Numbered from the stretch's first letter, positions 1 to 10,527 are shown. The stretch: 64,000 nt of DNA from an uncultured Hyphomonas sp. (GCA_963675305.1 OY776147.1:1334426-1398425), one strand, 5' to 3'. Translations and numbers: made by a program. Notes: generated from the sequence alone by a model not told the origin.

Positions 1-994
<994 letters not shown>

Positions 995-1007
995 GCGGAC
1001 AGGATAG

Positions 1008-1415
1008 ATGGCCGATAAACTCCACTTCTCGCTCGTTTCGCCCGCGAAGGAGCTCTTCTCCGGAGAGGTCGATCATGTGATCGCGCCTGGTTCGGACGGT
1101 GAGTTCGGCGTGCTGGCGCACCATGCGCCCTTCATGACGACGCTGCGCAACGGCGTGGTACGCGTTCTGGAAGGCGACACGGTCAAGATGCGCATCTTTG
1201 TGCGCGGCGGCTTTGCGGACATCACGTCGGCCGGCCTGACCATCCTGGCTGAAGAAGCCCGCATGCTCGACGACGTGAAAGCCGAAGACGTGCAGGCCGA
1301 GATGGAAGCCACGCTCCTGAAGATCCAGTCGCTCGACAAGGACGATTCCAATCGTTCGGTGCTGCAGGAACACTATGACTATCTCGAAAGCCTGAAGGCT
1401 GCTCTGGTCCACTAA
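1008..1415 (+). CDS. atpC: F0F1 ATP synthase subunit epsilon
   Basis: A 135-aa ORF starts 13 nt after atpD. The N-terminus MADKLHFSLVSPAKELFSGEV is typical of F1 epsilon, and atpD-atpC order is conserved. Confidence 0.93.
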   Translation: MADKLHFSLVSPAKELFSGEVDHVIAPGSDGEFGVLAHHAPFMTTLRNGVVRVLEGDTVKMRIFVRGGFADITSAGLTILAEEARMLDDVKAEDVQAEMEATLLKIQSLDKDDSNRSVLQEHYDYLESLKAALVH

Positions 1416-1436
1416 GGTGACACCGGAACCGATTTG

Positions 1437-1467
1437 AAAACGCCGCCCGGAAACGGGCGGCGTTTTT
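1437..1467 (+). terminator. Rho-independent terminator after atpC (possibly bidirectional)
   Basis: The stem CGCCGCCCG (1441-1449), loop GAAA and CGGGCGGCG (1454-1462) are followed by TTTTT and preceded by AAAA. It lies between convergent atpC and the crotonase gene. Confidence 0.8.
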
Positions 1468-1487
1468 CATTGCGGTGGCAGGGGAAG

Positions 1488-2279
1488 TCAGTCGCCCGTG
1501 AATTCCGGATCGCGGCCTTCAAGGAAGGCCTTGATGCCTTCGCGGAAATCGTCGGACCGCTGGAGCAGGGCGAAAGCCTCAAGGTCGCGGTGGGCTGTGG
1601 CCTTTGCCAGCGCATGCGCTGCCACGTTCACGTCCTGCTTCACCATTTTCAACGCCGTTGGGGGCAGGCGTGAAGCGGCTGCGGCGACCTCGTGTGCCTT
1701 GTGCATGGCCGTCCCGGCGGGCACGACATGGTCGGCAAGCCCCCAGTTCAGGGCGGTGGCCGCGTCGATCTTTTCGCAAAGCCCGGCGATCCGCTTGGCA
1801 CGGGCCGGGCCGACCAGCGCAACGAAGCGGGGGATCGAGCCCCAGCTCATATTCATGCCGCGTTCGACTTCCGGCACGTAGAAGACGGAATTCTCGGCGG
1901 CGACGCGCAGGTCGCACGACGTGGCCAGTGCCACACCGCCGCCGACACACCAGCCTTCAATGGCGCAGATGGTCAGCGCGTCCACATTTTCCCAGGCCTC
2001 GCACATGCGCGGACCGCGGCGCAGGAGGATCCTCCGTTCACGGAGGGTCGATTTCGCAGCGCTTGTGCCGGCCGGATCTTTCAGGTCCGCGCCCATGGAA
2101 AACTGGTCCGCACGTCCCGTGAGAATAACGGTGGAGATTTCCGGCGCATCATGGAACTGCAGGGCCGCCTCGGTCAGGTCCTGCATCAATTGCTGGCTGA
2201 GCGCGTTGGCGCGGGCGCCCGTGTCAAACCGGACGATGGCTGTGCGGCCATCGATTTCGGTCTGGACGAGCGTGCTCAT
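1488..2279 (-). CDS. enoyl-CoA hydratase/isomerase (crotonase) family protein
   Basis: The 263-aa product has a crotonase-fold core (ICAIEGWCVGGGVALATSCDLRVAA, oxyanion-hole region). Its start overlaps the stop of the upstream DsbA-like gene by 4 nt. Confidence 0.85.
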   Translation of the reverse strand: MSTLVQTEIDGRTAIVRFDTGARANALSQQLMQDLTEAALQFHDAPEISTVILTGRADQFSMGADLKDPAGTSAAKSTLRERRILLRRGPRMCEAWENVDALTICAIEGWCVGGGVALATSCDLRVAAENSVFYVPEVERGMNMSWGSIPRFVALVGPARAKRIAGLCEKIDAATALNWGLADHVVPAGTAMHKAHEVAAAASRLPPTALKMVKQDVNVAAHALAKATAHRDLEAFALLQRSDDFREGIKAFLEGRDPEFTGD

Positions 2280-2935
2280 GCGGTTTCAGCCGGCGGATGC
2301 TCGGCCGCATGCCGGATGAAGCGCGCGAGCTTTTCGGGCGTTTCCGCCCCCTGCGCTGCAAACTGGCGATTGGCGATATAAGTGGGCACGCCGGTGATGC
2401 CGACCTCGCGGAAGAACTTTTCTTCGGCGCGGACCGTCACGACATCAGCGTCTGTAGACAGAAGGTCCGCCACGATCGTCGGATCAAGATCAATCTGGCG
2501 GGCGATGTCTACCAGGACGCCATGATCGCCAATATCGCGCCCGTCATGGAAGAAGGCGCGGAACAGCGCTTCCTTTGCAGCGGCGCCCTTGTCCTGGCCC
2601 TGGGCCCAGTGGACGAGGCGGTGCGCATCCAGACTGTTCGGACGCCAGGTGATCTCGTCGAACCGGTAGGGGATGCCTTCGGCTTCGCCATAGTCGATTA
2701 GCGCCTGACGCATCGCGCCTGAGCGTTCTTTCGCTTCGGGCGAGCTGAACGCCTTTCGCATATATTCCTTGTAGTCGACCCCGCCCGCCGGAATGGACGG
2801 GTCCAGTTCATAGGGGCGAAACAGGAGTTGTACTTCAACGTCCGGCACCATGGCGATGGCCGCTTCGATGCGGCGCTTGCCAAGCCAGCACCAGGGACAG
2901 ACGAGATCGGAAACCATTTCAATAATAACAGGCAT
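2276..2935 (-). CDS. DsbA/FrnE-family thiol:disulfide oxidoreductase
   Basis: The 219-aa product has an N-terminal thioredoxin-fold CPWC motif (VSDLVCPWCWLGKRR). Confidence 0.85.
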   Translation of the reverse strand: MPVIIEMVSDLVCPWCWLGKRRIEAAIAMVPDVEVQLLFRPYELDPSIPAGGVDYKEYMRKAFSSPEAKERSGAMRQALIDYGEAEGIPYRFDEITWRPNSLDAHRLVHWAQGQDKGAAAKEALFRAFFHDGRDIGDHGVLVDIARQIDLDPTIVADLLSTDADVVTVRAEEKFFREVGITGVPTYIANRQFAAQGAETPEKLARFIRHAAEHPPAETA

Positions 2936-3016
2936 GGCATGAACCTAGGCGCCGCCGCTGGTCGGCGCAACCAGCGAGACCGGCTGATCCGGCGGCAACG
3001 GGTTGACCAAGCGCAA

Positions 3017-3048
3017 TTACACAATTAGTTGTACAAAAGATTGTGTAA
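3017..3048. promoter_or_regulatory. Nested palindrome, probable MarR operator in divergent promoter region
   Basis: The sequence is TTACACAAT-tag-TTGTACAA-aag-ATTGTGTAA. It has perfect 9-bp inverted arms flanking a self-complementary 8-mer. It sits 15 nt upstream of the preferred MarR ATG (3063), between the divergent DsbA-like and MarR genes. Confidence 0.6.
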
Positions 3049-3062
3049 TAGGTCTGACGCTG

Positions 3063-3548
3063 ATGAACGATACGAATTTTGTCGATTCCCACAGGTTCAG
3101 CGCGGCATTCGTAGCGAACCAACTTGAACGCTTGGTGGATGTGATTGTGACCCAAGGCAATGACATGCTGGATGCGGCAGGGATTGAGTTTCCCTCCCGT
3201 ACGGTCTCAACAGTCCTGTTTGTGGGAGAAAATGAGCCGACTTCGACCGCGGATATCGCCCGCGCGCTCGGACAGCCTCACCAACTGGCGACGCAACGTG
3301 TCGACCTCCTGATCCAGATCGGCATTATCGAGAGAATAGGTGATCCCGACGATGCCCGTCGAAAACTGCTCCGCCTTACGCCGAAAGGGCGAGACCAGTT
3401 TCAGGTCCTCAGCGATCGGTTGGAAAAAGCGGGCCAGGCATTCGGCGCCTTGTTTACCGAAATTGGATGCGATTTCCCCGCCGCTACCCAGCGGGCAGCC
3501 GCTGCACTCAGGACAACGCCTCTCGTTGCACGCATGAAGGCGTTCTGA
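3063..3548 (+). CDS. MarR family transcriptional regulator
   Basis: The body is a winged-helix MarR-like domain (TSTADIARALGQPHQLATQRVDLLIQIGIIERIGDPDDARRKLLRLTPKGRD). I prefer ATG 3063 over the track TTG 3003 because the latter would place the palindromic operator inside the CDS. Confidence 0.8.
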   Translation: MNDTNFVDSHRFSAAFVANQLERLVDVIVTQGNDMLDAAGIEFPSRTVSTVLFVGENEPTSTADIARALGQPHQLATQRVDLLIQIGIIERIGDPDDARRKLLRLTPKGRDQFQVLSDRLEKAGQAFGALFTEIGCDFPAATQRAAAALRTTPLVARMKAF

Positions 3549-3549
3549 C

Positions 3550-4896
3550 ATGACCAGACTTGCTGGTCCCCTTATCTCGGTCGCGTGGCTTGTCCTCGCC
3601 ATGGTGCTGTCGGGCTGTGCTTCGTCCCTCAATATTGAATCGGACAAACCTGTCTGGAGCCAGGCGGATCTTGAAACGGATTTGGATGCCTGGCTGGACT
3701 GGACGCGATCGACCCATCCGGCGTTTGAACAAAGCGTCGACCCGGACGCATTTGAGCATCGGCTCAAACAGGTTCGCGCGGGCCTTCGCGATGGAATGGG
3801 AATTTCGGAAGCATGGTATGTCTTTGCGCAACTCAACCCGCTCCTGCGGGATGCGCATTTAGGGTTGGAGTTGCCTGCGATCGACCCTGATCTCGAACCC
3901 TGGCGGGTCGAGATTGAGAATGGGCATGCTTATGTTCCGTTACAGGCACCGGACAAAAAACGTCAGGAGATTGTCGCTGTCGATGGCGTTTCAGTGCCGG
4001 AGATGATCGCGCGGACATTGCCGCTGATCCGCGGCGAATCCGATGCTTTAAGGCAGCGCATTCTGGAGCTTCGTTTTCGGGAATTGGTGATGCTGAATCT
4101 CGATGGTGAAGTACCTGTGGAGTTTCGGCTGCAGTCAGCGGACGGAGCCGAACACGTTGTATCCGAGATAAATACCGCCAACCCGGAGTCCGGGGGCAGT
4201 CCCTTTAACCTGTCGTTGCTCGATTCTACAGCGATCATGAGGATTGATACGTTCGAGAAGGACTTCGATGCGGAATTCGCCAATTTCGTTGACGAGAGTT
4301 TTGCCAGGATCGCCTCTGAACAAGCCACGCAGCTGATTATCGATCTGCGAGGTAATGGCGGCGGGGCGCATGAAGTATCAGACCGGCTGCTTAATTATCT
4401 GACCTCTGAGCGTTACACACCAATTTCCGCTGTTCGCGCACGCGTCACCGAAGCGAACATGGCTCAGATTCCGGGAGCAAAGCCTGGAGATGTCGTGGAG
4501 ATGCCATTTGCACAATGGGTTGAGCCTGAAAGCAATCTGGAGCACCGGTTCGATGGAGACGTCGTCGTTCTCATCGGCCCGGCGACCTATTCGCAGGCCA
4601 TCGTCTTTTCGACCACTGTCCAGGATTACCAGATTGGTTTGATTGCCGGTGAAGAGACGGTAGGCAAGGCCAATCAAACCGCTCAGGTCCAGCACTTCGA
4701 ATTACCGAATACGGGGTTCCGTGTTCGCGCGCCCCTCTACGTGTTGACCCGGTCTTCTGGTCAGGAGACAGGGGGAGGGGTCATGCCGGACCTTCTCATA
4801 CCGAATGTGGAGAACCGTCCAATCGATCAGGTGAAAAATGATATTGATCAGTGGGCGGCAGAAGCCAGTGCGCCGGATTTGTTCTTGCCGCGCTAG
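3550..4896 (+). CDS. S41 family peptidase, lipoprotein
   Basis: It has a lipobox LSGC after a signal peptide. S41 hallmarks are IIDLRGNGGG and the Ser/Lys region GPATYSQAIVF...GEETVGKAN. It starts 1 nt after the MarR stop, so co-transcription is likely. Confidence 0.8.
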   Translation: MTRLAGPLISVAWLVLAMVLSGCASSLNIESDKPVWSQADLETDLDAWLDWTRSTHPAFEQSVDPDAFEHRLKQVRAGLRDGMGISEAWYVFAQLNPLLRDAHLGLELPAIDPDLEPWRVEIENGHAYVPLQAPDKKRQEIVAVDGVSVPEMIARTLPLIRGESDALRQRILELRFRELVMLNLDGEVPVEFRLQSADGAEHVVSEINTANPESGGSPFNLSLLDSTAIMRIDTFEKDFDAEFANFVDESFARIASEQATQLIIDLRGNGGGAHEVSDRLLNYLTSERYTPISAVRARVTEANMAQIPGAKPGDVVEMPFAQWVEPESNLEHRFDGDVVVLIGPATYSQAIVFSTTVQDYQIGLIAGEETVGKANQTAQVQHFELPNTGFRVRAPLYVLTRSSGQETGGGVMPDLLIPNVENRPIDQVKNDIDQWAAEASAPDLFLPR

Positions 4897-6041
4897 GGCT
4901 TCGTTTGCTCCGGCTGTTCGTCGGCATCTTCTGCCGTGTCCGGGAAAGTGAATCCGTCGCGCTCCAGGATGTGGCGTATGTCCGTCTTCAACCATGTCTC
5001 GCGCGAAGAGGGCTTTTGTCCCGATTTCTTCAGTTCCAGCCCAAAGGGCAGAGACACCTTGTCCGGCTGGCCGTCGGGCACGATCTCCGGGCCGGAGAAG
5101 ATGGTGCGCGGGGTCGGTTCCGGAGTCATGGCGGCCAGCATCAGGCCGAGCGCGACGAACGCGCCGGTCCAGACATTTGATTTGAAGACCGAAAGCGCGA
5201 CGCGTTCGCCCTTGCTCTTCAGCCGGGAGACCTGCGCGGTGGCATGGCCGAGGAAGACGAGCGATGTAACGGCGCCCATGCGGCCGGCGCCCTGCAGGCC
5301 CGAGGCGGCTGCAATCAATGCCGCGGCCACGATAAAGAAGCCGAAACTGTAGAGCGCTGCATGCTTGCCGAAGAGGCGCGCGGTGGACTTCACGCCGATC
5401 AGCGCATCGTCTTCCCGGTCCTGCAGGGCGTAAATCGTGTCATAGGCGACCGTCCAGCAGGCGAGGCCGACATAGAGCAGGACGGCCGGGAAGCTGATCG
5501 TGCCGGCGACTGCGACACCGACCAGTGCGCCCCAGTTGAAGGTTGCTCCGAGCCAGGCCTGGGGCCACCAGGTGACGCGTTTCATGAATGGATAGGCGCC
5601 GACCAGCGGAATGGAGAGCAGGGCGACGATTTTCGCGTCGCCGGGCAGGCAGAGCCAGACAAGGAAGCCAACCGCCAGCTGGATGCCCAGAAAGATATGC
5701 GCCTCACGCAGGGTGACGAGGCCGGCGGGGATCGGCCGCAGGGCCGTGCGCTCCACTTTTGCGTCGAAATCCCGGTCTGTGATGTCGTTCCAGGTGCAGC
5801 CCGCGCCGCGCATGGCAATGGCGCCGATCAGGAACAGAATCGCCCACAGCGAATCAGTGAGGTAGAGGCCGGTCCGGATGCGCTCAAAGGCCAGACCGAT
5901 CAGGCAGGGCAAATACAGCAGCCAGATGCCCACAGGCCGGTCCCAGCGCGCCAACATGGCATAGGGGCGCAGGCCGACCGGAAGGCTGGAAAGCCAGCCC
6001 GGCAGGGCGCTGTCGGCAGGAGAGATCTGCGTCTCGGTCAT
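4893..6041 (-). CDS. ubiA: 4-hydroxybenzoate polyprenyltransferase (UbiA family) with hydrophilic C-terminal tail
   Basis: It carries UbiA Asp-rich motifs (NDITDRDFDAKVERT and YALQDREDD) and multiple TM helices. The last ~80 aa are charged and non-membrane. Confidence 0.88.
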   Translation of the reverse strand: MTETQISPADSALPGWLSSLPVGLRPYAMLARWDRPVGIWLLYLPCLIGLAFERIRTGLYLTDSLWAILFLIGAIAMRGAGCTWNDITDRDFDAKVERTALRPIPAGLVTLREAHIFLGIQLAVGFLVWLCLPGDAKIVALLSIPLVGAYPFMKRVTWWPQAWLGATFNWGALVGVAVAGTISFPAVLLYVGLACWTVAYDTIYALQDREDDALIGVKSTARLFGKHAALYSFGFFIVAAALIAAASGLQGAGRMGAVTSLVFLGHATAQVSRLKSKGERVALSVFKSNVWTGAFVALGLMLAAMTPEPTPRTIFSGPEIVPDGQPDKVSLPFGLELKKSGQKPSSRETWLKTDIRHILERDGFTFPDTAEDADEQPEQTKP

Positions 6042-6103
6042 CGCGGCGGGTTATAGCGCGGATTCCCGTTTCCGACAGGGGATCGCGCCTCTCAGGGGAA
6101 TGA

Positions 6104-7477
6104 TTACGCCACCGAGACGGTCTTCCGGTTCACAAAGGCGCGCAGGCCATCTGCCGCAAGTTCGCGCCCATAGCCGGATTGTTTGATTCCCCCGAAGGGG
6201 AGACGCGGGTCTGACGCGACCATGGAATTGACGAATGTGGCGCCGGCTTCCAGCTGCCGGATGGACTGGTCGATCTCGGCATCGTCTTTAGAGAACAGGA
6301 CCGAGCCCAGGCCGTACTGGCTGCGATTGGCCCGGGAGATGGCGTCGTCGAGACTTGAAACTTTCCAGAGGTTCGCGACCGGGCCGAACATTTCCTCATC
6401 GGTCGAGGGCGTGCCGGAATGCGCTTCCGCCAGGATTTGCGGGGCAATCCACGCGCCTTTCTTCGGGACGGTCCGGTCTTTCGTGAGGCTTTCAGCACCG
6501 CCCTTGAGAGAGCGCTCGATCTGATCGGCCAGTTCGTCCCGGATCGCCAGGGTAGCCAGCGGGCCGATGTCGGTATCGGCCTTCATCGGGTCATCCACTT
6601 TCAGGTCGTCGAAGGCTTTGACGAAGCGTTTGCTGAAATCCTCGAAAATGTCCGCGTGAACAAAGAAGCGCTTGCCGGCGATGCAGGACTGGCCGGAATT
6701 CTGGATCCGGGCCGTTACGGCGCTTTTCACGGCCTTGTCGAGGTCGGCCGAGGGCATGACGATGAATGCGTCCGAGCCGCCAAGCTCCAGAAGGCTGGGC
6801 TTGATACAATCGCCCGCAATGGCGGCGACGCTGCGGCCGGCGGGGCCTGACCCGGTCAGGGTGACGGCCTTGACCCGGTCGTCACGGATCACGCCCTCAA
6901 CCTCTGACGACCCGATCAGCAATGTCTGGAAGCAGCCATCCGGGAAGCCTGCGCGGCGGAACACGTCTTCAATGTTCAGGGCGGACCGCCAGACGTTCGA
7001 GGCATGCTTCAGCAGGCCGACATTGCCCGCCATCAGGGCCGGGGCGGCGAAGCGGAAGACCTGCCAGAACGGGAAGTTCCACGGCATCACGGCCAGCACC
7101 GGTCCCATCGGCAGGTGCCGGACAAACGCCCGGCGGGCCTCAGTGTGGAAAGTTTCGTCCTGAAGATATGTCGCGCCGTGCTCGGCATAGTGGCGGCAGG
7201 CTGTGGCGCACTTTTTAACCTCGGCTTCTGCCTGGGAGAGGGGCTTGCCCATCTCCAGCGTGATGTCGCGTGCATATTCCGCTGCCTTGGCTTCCAGGAC
7301 ATCGGCGGCGCGGTTGAGCAGCTCGGCGCGCTCGTCCAGTGATACATTGCGCCAGGTCCGGAAACGTTCAGACGCATTTTCGAGGGCGGTCTCAATGGCG
7401 GCGTGCGTCAGGGGTGTGAAGCTTTCGATCACCTCGCCTGTTGCCGGGTTGATTGACTGTACCTGACGGTCTGGCAT
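6104..7477 (-). CDS. NAD(P)-dependent aldehyde dehydrogenase, succinate-semialdehyde dehydrogenase-like
   Basis: The 457-aa product has the ALDH catalytic motifs ELGGSDAF and GQSCIAGKR. Confidence 0.85.
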   Translation of the reverse strand: MPDRQVQSINPATGEVIESFTPLTHAAIETALENASERFRTWRNVSLDERAELLNRAADVLEAKAAEYARDITLEMGKPLSQAEAEVKKCATACRHYAEHGATYLQDETFHTEARRAFVRHLPMGPVLAVMPWNFPFWQVFRFAAPALMAGNVGLLKHASNVWRSALNIEDVFRRAGFPDGCFQTLLIGSSEVEGVIRDDRVKAVTLTGSGPAGRSVAAIAGDCIKPSLLELGGSDAFIVMPSADLDKAVKSAVTARIQNSGQSCIAGKRFFVHADIFEDFSKRFVKAFDDLKVDDPMKADTDIGPLATLAIRDELADQIERSLKGGAESLTKDRTVPKKGAWIAPQILAEAHSGTPSTDEEMFGPVANLWKVSSLDDAISRANRSQYGLGSVLFSKDDAEIDQSIRQLEAGATFVNSMVASDPRLPFGGIKQSGYGRELAADGLRAFVNRKTVSVA

Positions 7478-7526
7478 GGCGCGCTCCTGACTTAACCTCT
7501 TGCCTGTATAAGCCTATACCCCGCCC

Positions 7527-8297
7527 ATGAGTTCCATACCCCGACTGTTTGTGGCGCAGGATCTGGTGGAAGGCGCAGCTTTTCCGCTGGACGATGCGCA
7601 AGCCAATTACCTGCTGCGTGTGCTCCGCCTTGTCGCGGATGCGCCGGTGCGCGTCTTCAACGGCCGCGATGGCGAGTGGGAGGCGCGGATCGTCGATGTT
7701 CATGGCAAGCGCGCGAGTCTCACGCCAGAGCGGTTGGTACGCCCGCAGCCGGAAACGCCGGCCAGCGCCCCCGTCTTGCTGTTCGCGCCCGTGAAGAAGA
7801 CGGAGACGGACTTCATCGTCGAGAAGGCAACGGAACTTGGCGCGGCGCGCATATCCCCCGTGCTGACGGATCGGACCCAGACCCGTACCGTACGGCTGGA
7901 CCGGTTCCAGAAGATCGTGCTGGAGGCGGCCGAGCAGACGGAACGGCTGGACTTGCCGGAAGTGCAAGACCTGCAGCCCCTGGCAAAGGCGCTGGATGGG
8001 CTGGCAGACGGGACGATTGTCATCTTCTGCGATGAGCGAGGCGATGACGAAGATGCGCCCTGGGGCGGAGAGACAGGCCGGGCGGGGCCCATTGCCGACG
8101 TGTTCGCCAGCCTCGGCGATAAGCCGGTCGCGATCCTGATCGGTCCGGAAGGCGGCTTCACACCGGAAGAGCGCGACTGGCTGCGCGCGCGAGACGATAC
8201 CGCCCCGGTCAGCCTCGGGCCGAGAATCCTGCGTGCGGAAACAGCCGCGGTCGCTGCGCTGTCAGTCTGGCAGGCCCTGAAAGGGGACTGGCGCTAG
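7527..8297 (+). CDS. rsmE: 16S rRNA (uracil1498-N3)-methyltransferase
   Basis: The 256-aa product has the RsmE layout with a C-terminal SPOUT motif (ILIGPEGGFTPEE ... LGPRILRAETAAVAA). Confidence 0.88.
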   Translation: MSSIPRLFVAQDLVEGAAFPLDDAQANYLLRVLRLVADAPVRVFNGRDGEWEARIVDVHGKRASLTPERLVRPQPETPASAPVLLFAPVKKTETDFIVEKATELGAARISPVLTDRTQTRTVRLDRFQKIVLEAAEQTERLDLPEVQDLQPLAKALDGLADGTIVIFCDERGDDEDAPWGGETGRAGPIADVFASLGDKPVAILIGPEGGFTPEERDWLRARDDTAPVSLGPRILRAETAAVAALSVWQALKGDWR

Positions 8298-8932
8298 TAA
8301 AACCACCGCTTGATCGGTTTCGGCATGGCGCCTTCCCAGCGGCGTTTCCAGTCGATGGCGAGGCCGACGCGGTGATTGATCTTGCCGTCCCAGACCGGCT
8401 TCAGCCCGACCGATTGCAGAACGTCATGCAGACGCTGGCCGATGGCGACATTGTCTTCAGGCGACGCCGTTGCATCAGCCGCGCCATAGCTGATGTACAG
8501 GCTGCCGCTCTCCACGGCGCTTTCCGTGTCCTGCTGGTGAAAGAACACATAGCCCTTCGGCTCTCGGCCGGAGAGGTCGTGAAAGTCATCCATTTCGATG
8601 CCGATCTCGGCAGCGCCGCAGGTTCCACAGCAGGTAAAATGCTGGCGTGCGACGATGTCTTCGTCTTCCAGCATGTCAAAGGCGAGCGACAGACGGTCGA
8701 AATCGGTGAGAACCGGCCAGGATTTCTGTTCCTGCACCAGAACTGACACGGCATGGACCAGCGCGTTGCGCACTTCGATCTGACGGTCCCGTTCGGTGAG
8801 TGGGCTACGAAAGTCCTGCGCGTAATCCAGGAGAATTTCCTCGATCTCCTCCAGTGGCTCATAGCCGCCGCGAACGTGCAGGCGGGCCCACATTTTCAGG
8901 TCGTCGCGCTCGTCGGTGGTCATCTTGGTCAT
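8294..8932 (-). CDS. hypothetical cytoplasmic protein with FTCCGTCG motif
   Basis: This 212-aa ORF has normal codon bias and no signal peptide or TM segment. It has a central Cys cluster (QHFTCCGTCGAAEIG). I could not assign a family. Confidence 0.6.
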   Translation of the reverse strand: MTKMTTDERDDLKMWARLHVRGGYEPLEEIEEILLDYAQDFRSPLTERDRQIEVRNALVHAVSVLVQEQKSWPVLTDFDRLSLAFDMLEDEDIVARQHFTCCGTCGAAEIGIEMDDFHDLSGREPKGYVFFHQQDTESAVESGSLYISYGAADATASPEDNVAIGQRLHDVLQSVGLKPVWDGKINHRVGLAIDWKRRWEGAMPKPIKRWFY

Positions 8933-9038
8933 CTGCGGACTCTCTACTTAAACTAATTCGTGAGAATAACGCGGTTGGCGAGTGAGCGAAACAACCTTAT
9001 CTGCAACCTTCATTCTGGTTCGCAACAGGGGGTTCGGG

Positions 9039-10418
9039 ATGACCACGCCAACGTCGGACATCGACGAGACCTCCCCGCGTATTGCGGGAAAACACGAGCT
9101 GGCTGCCTATCTGGAAGCCGGATGCAAACCGGCAGCCGACTGGCGCATCGGGACCGAGCACGAGAAATTCGGCTTCCTGCGCGAGAATCTGGCGCCGCTT
9201 CCCTATGAAGGGACAGCCTCCGTGCTGGCCATGCTGGAGGGCCTGCGCGACCGGTTTGGCTGGGACCCGATTGTCGAAAGCGGCAAGCTGATTGGCCTGC
9301 AACGCGATGGCGCCAGCGTCTCTCTGGAGCCGGGCGGGCAGTTCGAGCTGTCCGGCGCACCTCTGGAGACGATCCACCAGACCTGTACCGAGGTCGGGCG
9401 CCACCTGGAGGAAGTCCGCGAGATTGCCGACCCGCTCGGCATTTCATTTCTCGGGCTCGGCGCAAGCCCCCTTTGGAGCCTGGCGGAGACGCCGGTCATG
9501 CCGAAGGGCCGCTACAAGATCATGATGGAATATATGGACAAGGTCGGGCGCCTTGGCCGTCAGATGATGTTCCGCACCTGTACCGTGCAGACCAATCTCG
9601 ATTTCGAATCCGAAGCCGACATGGTGAAAAAGTTCCGCGTGGCGCTGGCACTGCAGCCGCTGGGCACGGCGCTGTTTGCCAATTCGCCCTTCATGGAAGG
9701 CCGTCCGAATGGCTTCCTGTCCTACCGGTCGCAGATCTGGACGGACACCGATCCGGACCGGACGGGCATGCTGCCCTTCGTTTTCGAGGACGGCATGGGC
9801 TTTGAGCGCTATGTCGATTATGCGCTCGACGTGCCCATGTATTTTGTGCGCCGGGGCGGGAAGTATCTCGATGCCAGCGGCCTCAGCTTCCGGGACTTCA
9901 TGGATGGCAAGCTGGAAATCCTGCCGGGCGAACTGCCGGCCATGGACGATTTCGCCGACCACCTCTCAACGATTTTCCCGGAAGTGCGCCTGAAGCGATT
10001 CCTGGAGATGCGCGGCTCGGATGCCGGGCCGTGGTCGCATCTGTGTGCATTTTCGGCGTTCTGGGTTGGACTGCTCTATTGCCCCGTCTGTCTTGATGGC
10101 GCCTGGGACCGGGTGAAAAACTGGACGGCGGCAGAGCGCGAAGCAATGCGCCAGTCGGTGCGGACCCTCGGTCTGAAAACGCCGATTCCCGGCGGCGCGA
10201 CGATGCAGGATCTTGCAATCGAGATGCTGGACCTTGCCCGCATCGGCCTCAGCAATCGCAACAATCTCTCCGCATCTGGCGAGAACGAGACCGGATACCT
10301 GGCGGAACTCGACGAAATCGCCCGTTCCGGCAAGACACCGGCGGACAGGCTGCTCGAACGCTATTACGGAGCCTGGAACCGCGACGTGCGCCACGTTTTC
10401 ACGGAAAAGGCCTACTAG
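9039..10418 (+). CDS. gshA: glutamate--cysteine ligase (plant/alphaproteobacterial GCS2 type)
   Basis: The sequence is typical of the GCS2 family ([28 protein letters not shown]). The start was moved to ATG 9039, which has AGGGGG about 7 nt upstream. The track start is 8982. Confidence 0.9.
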   Translation: MTTPTSDIDETSPRIAGKHELAAYLEAGCKPAADWRIGTEHEKFGFLRENLAPLPYEGTASVLAMLEGLRDRFGWDPIVESGKLIGLQRDGASVSLEPGGQFELSGAPLETIHQTCTEVGRHLEEVREIADPLGISFLGLGASPLWSLAETPVMPKGRYKIMMEYMDKVGRLGRQMMFRTCTVQTNLDFESEADMVKKFRVALALQPLGTALFANSPFMEGRPNGFLSYRSQIWTDTDPDRTGMLPFVFEDGMGFERYVDYALDVPMYFVRRGGKYLDASGLSFRDFMDGKLEILPGELPAMDDFADHLSTIFPEVRLKRFLEMRGSDAGPWSHLCAFSAFWVGLLYCPVCLDGAWDRVKNWTAAEREAMRQSVRTLGLKTPIPGGATMQDLAIEMLDLARIGLSNRNNLSASGENETGYLAELDEIARSGKTPADRLLERYYGAWNRDVRHVFTEKAY

Positions 10419-10527
10419 GGCACAGCCTTCCCCGTTTCTGGGTATGATTTGGCACATACTGCCTTGAGACCACTTCGTTTGCGTGGTCAAACTACAAGAT
10501 CATAGGAATTTCCGGGGAGTTGAACGC

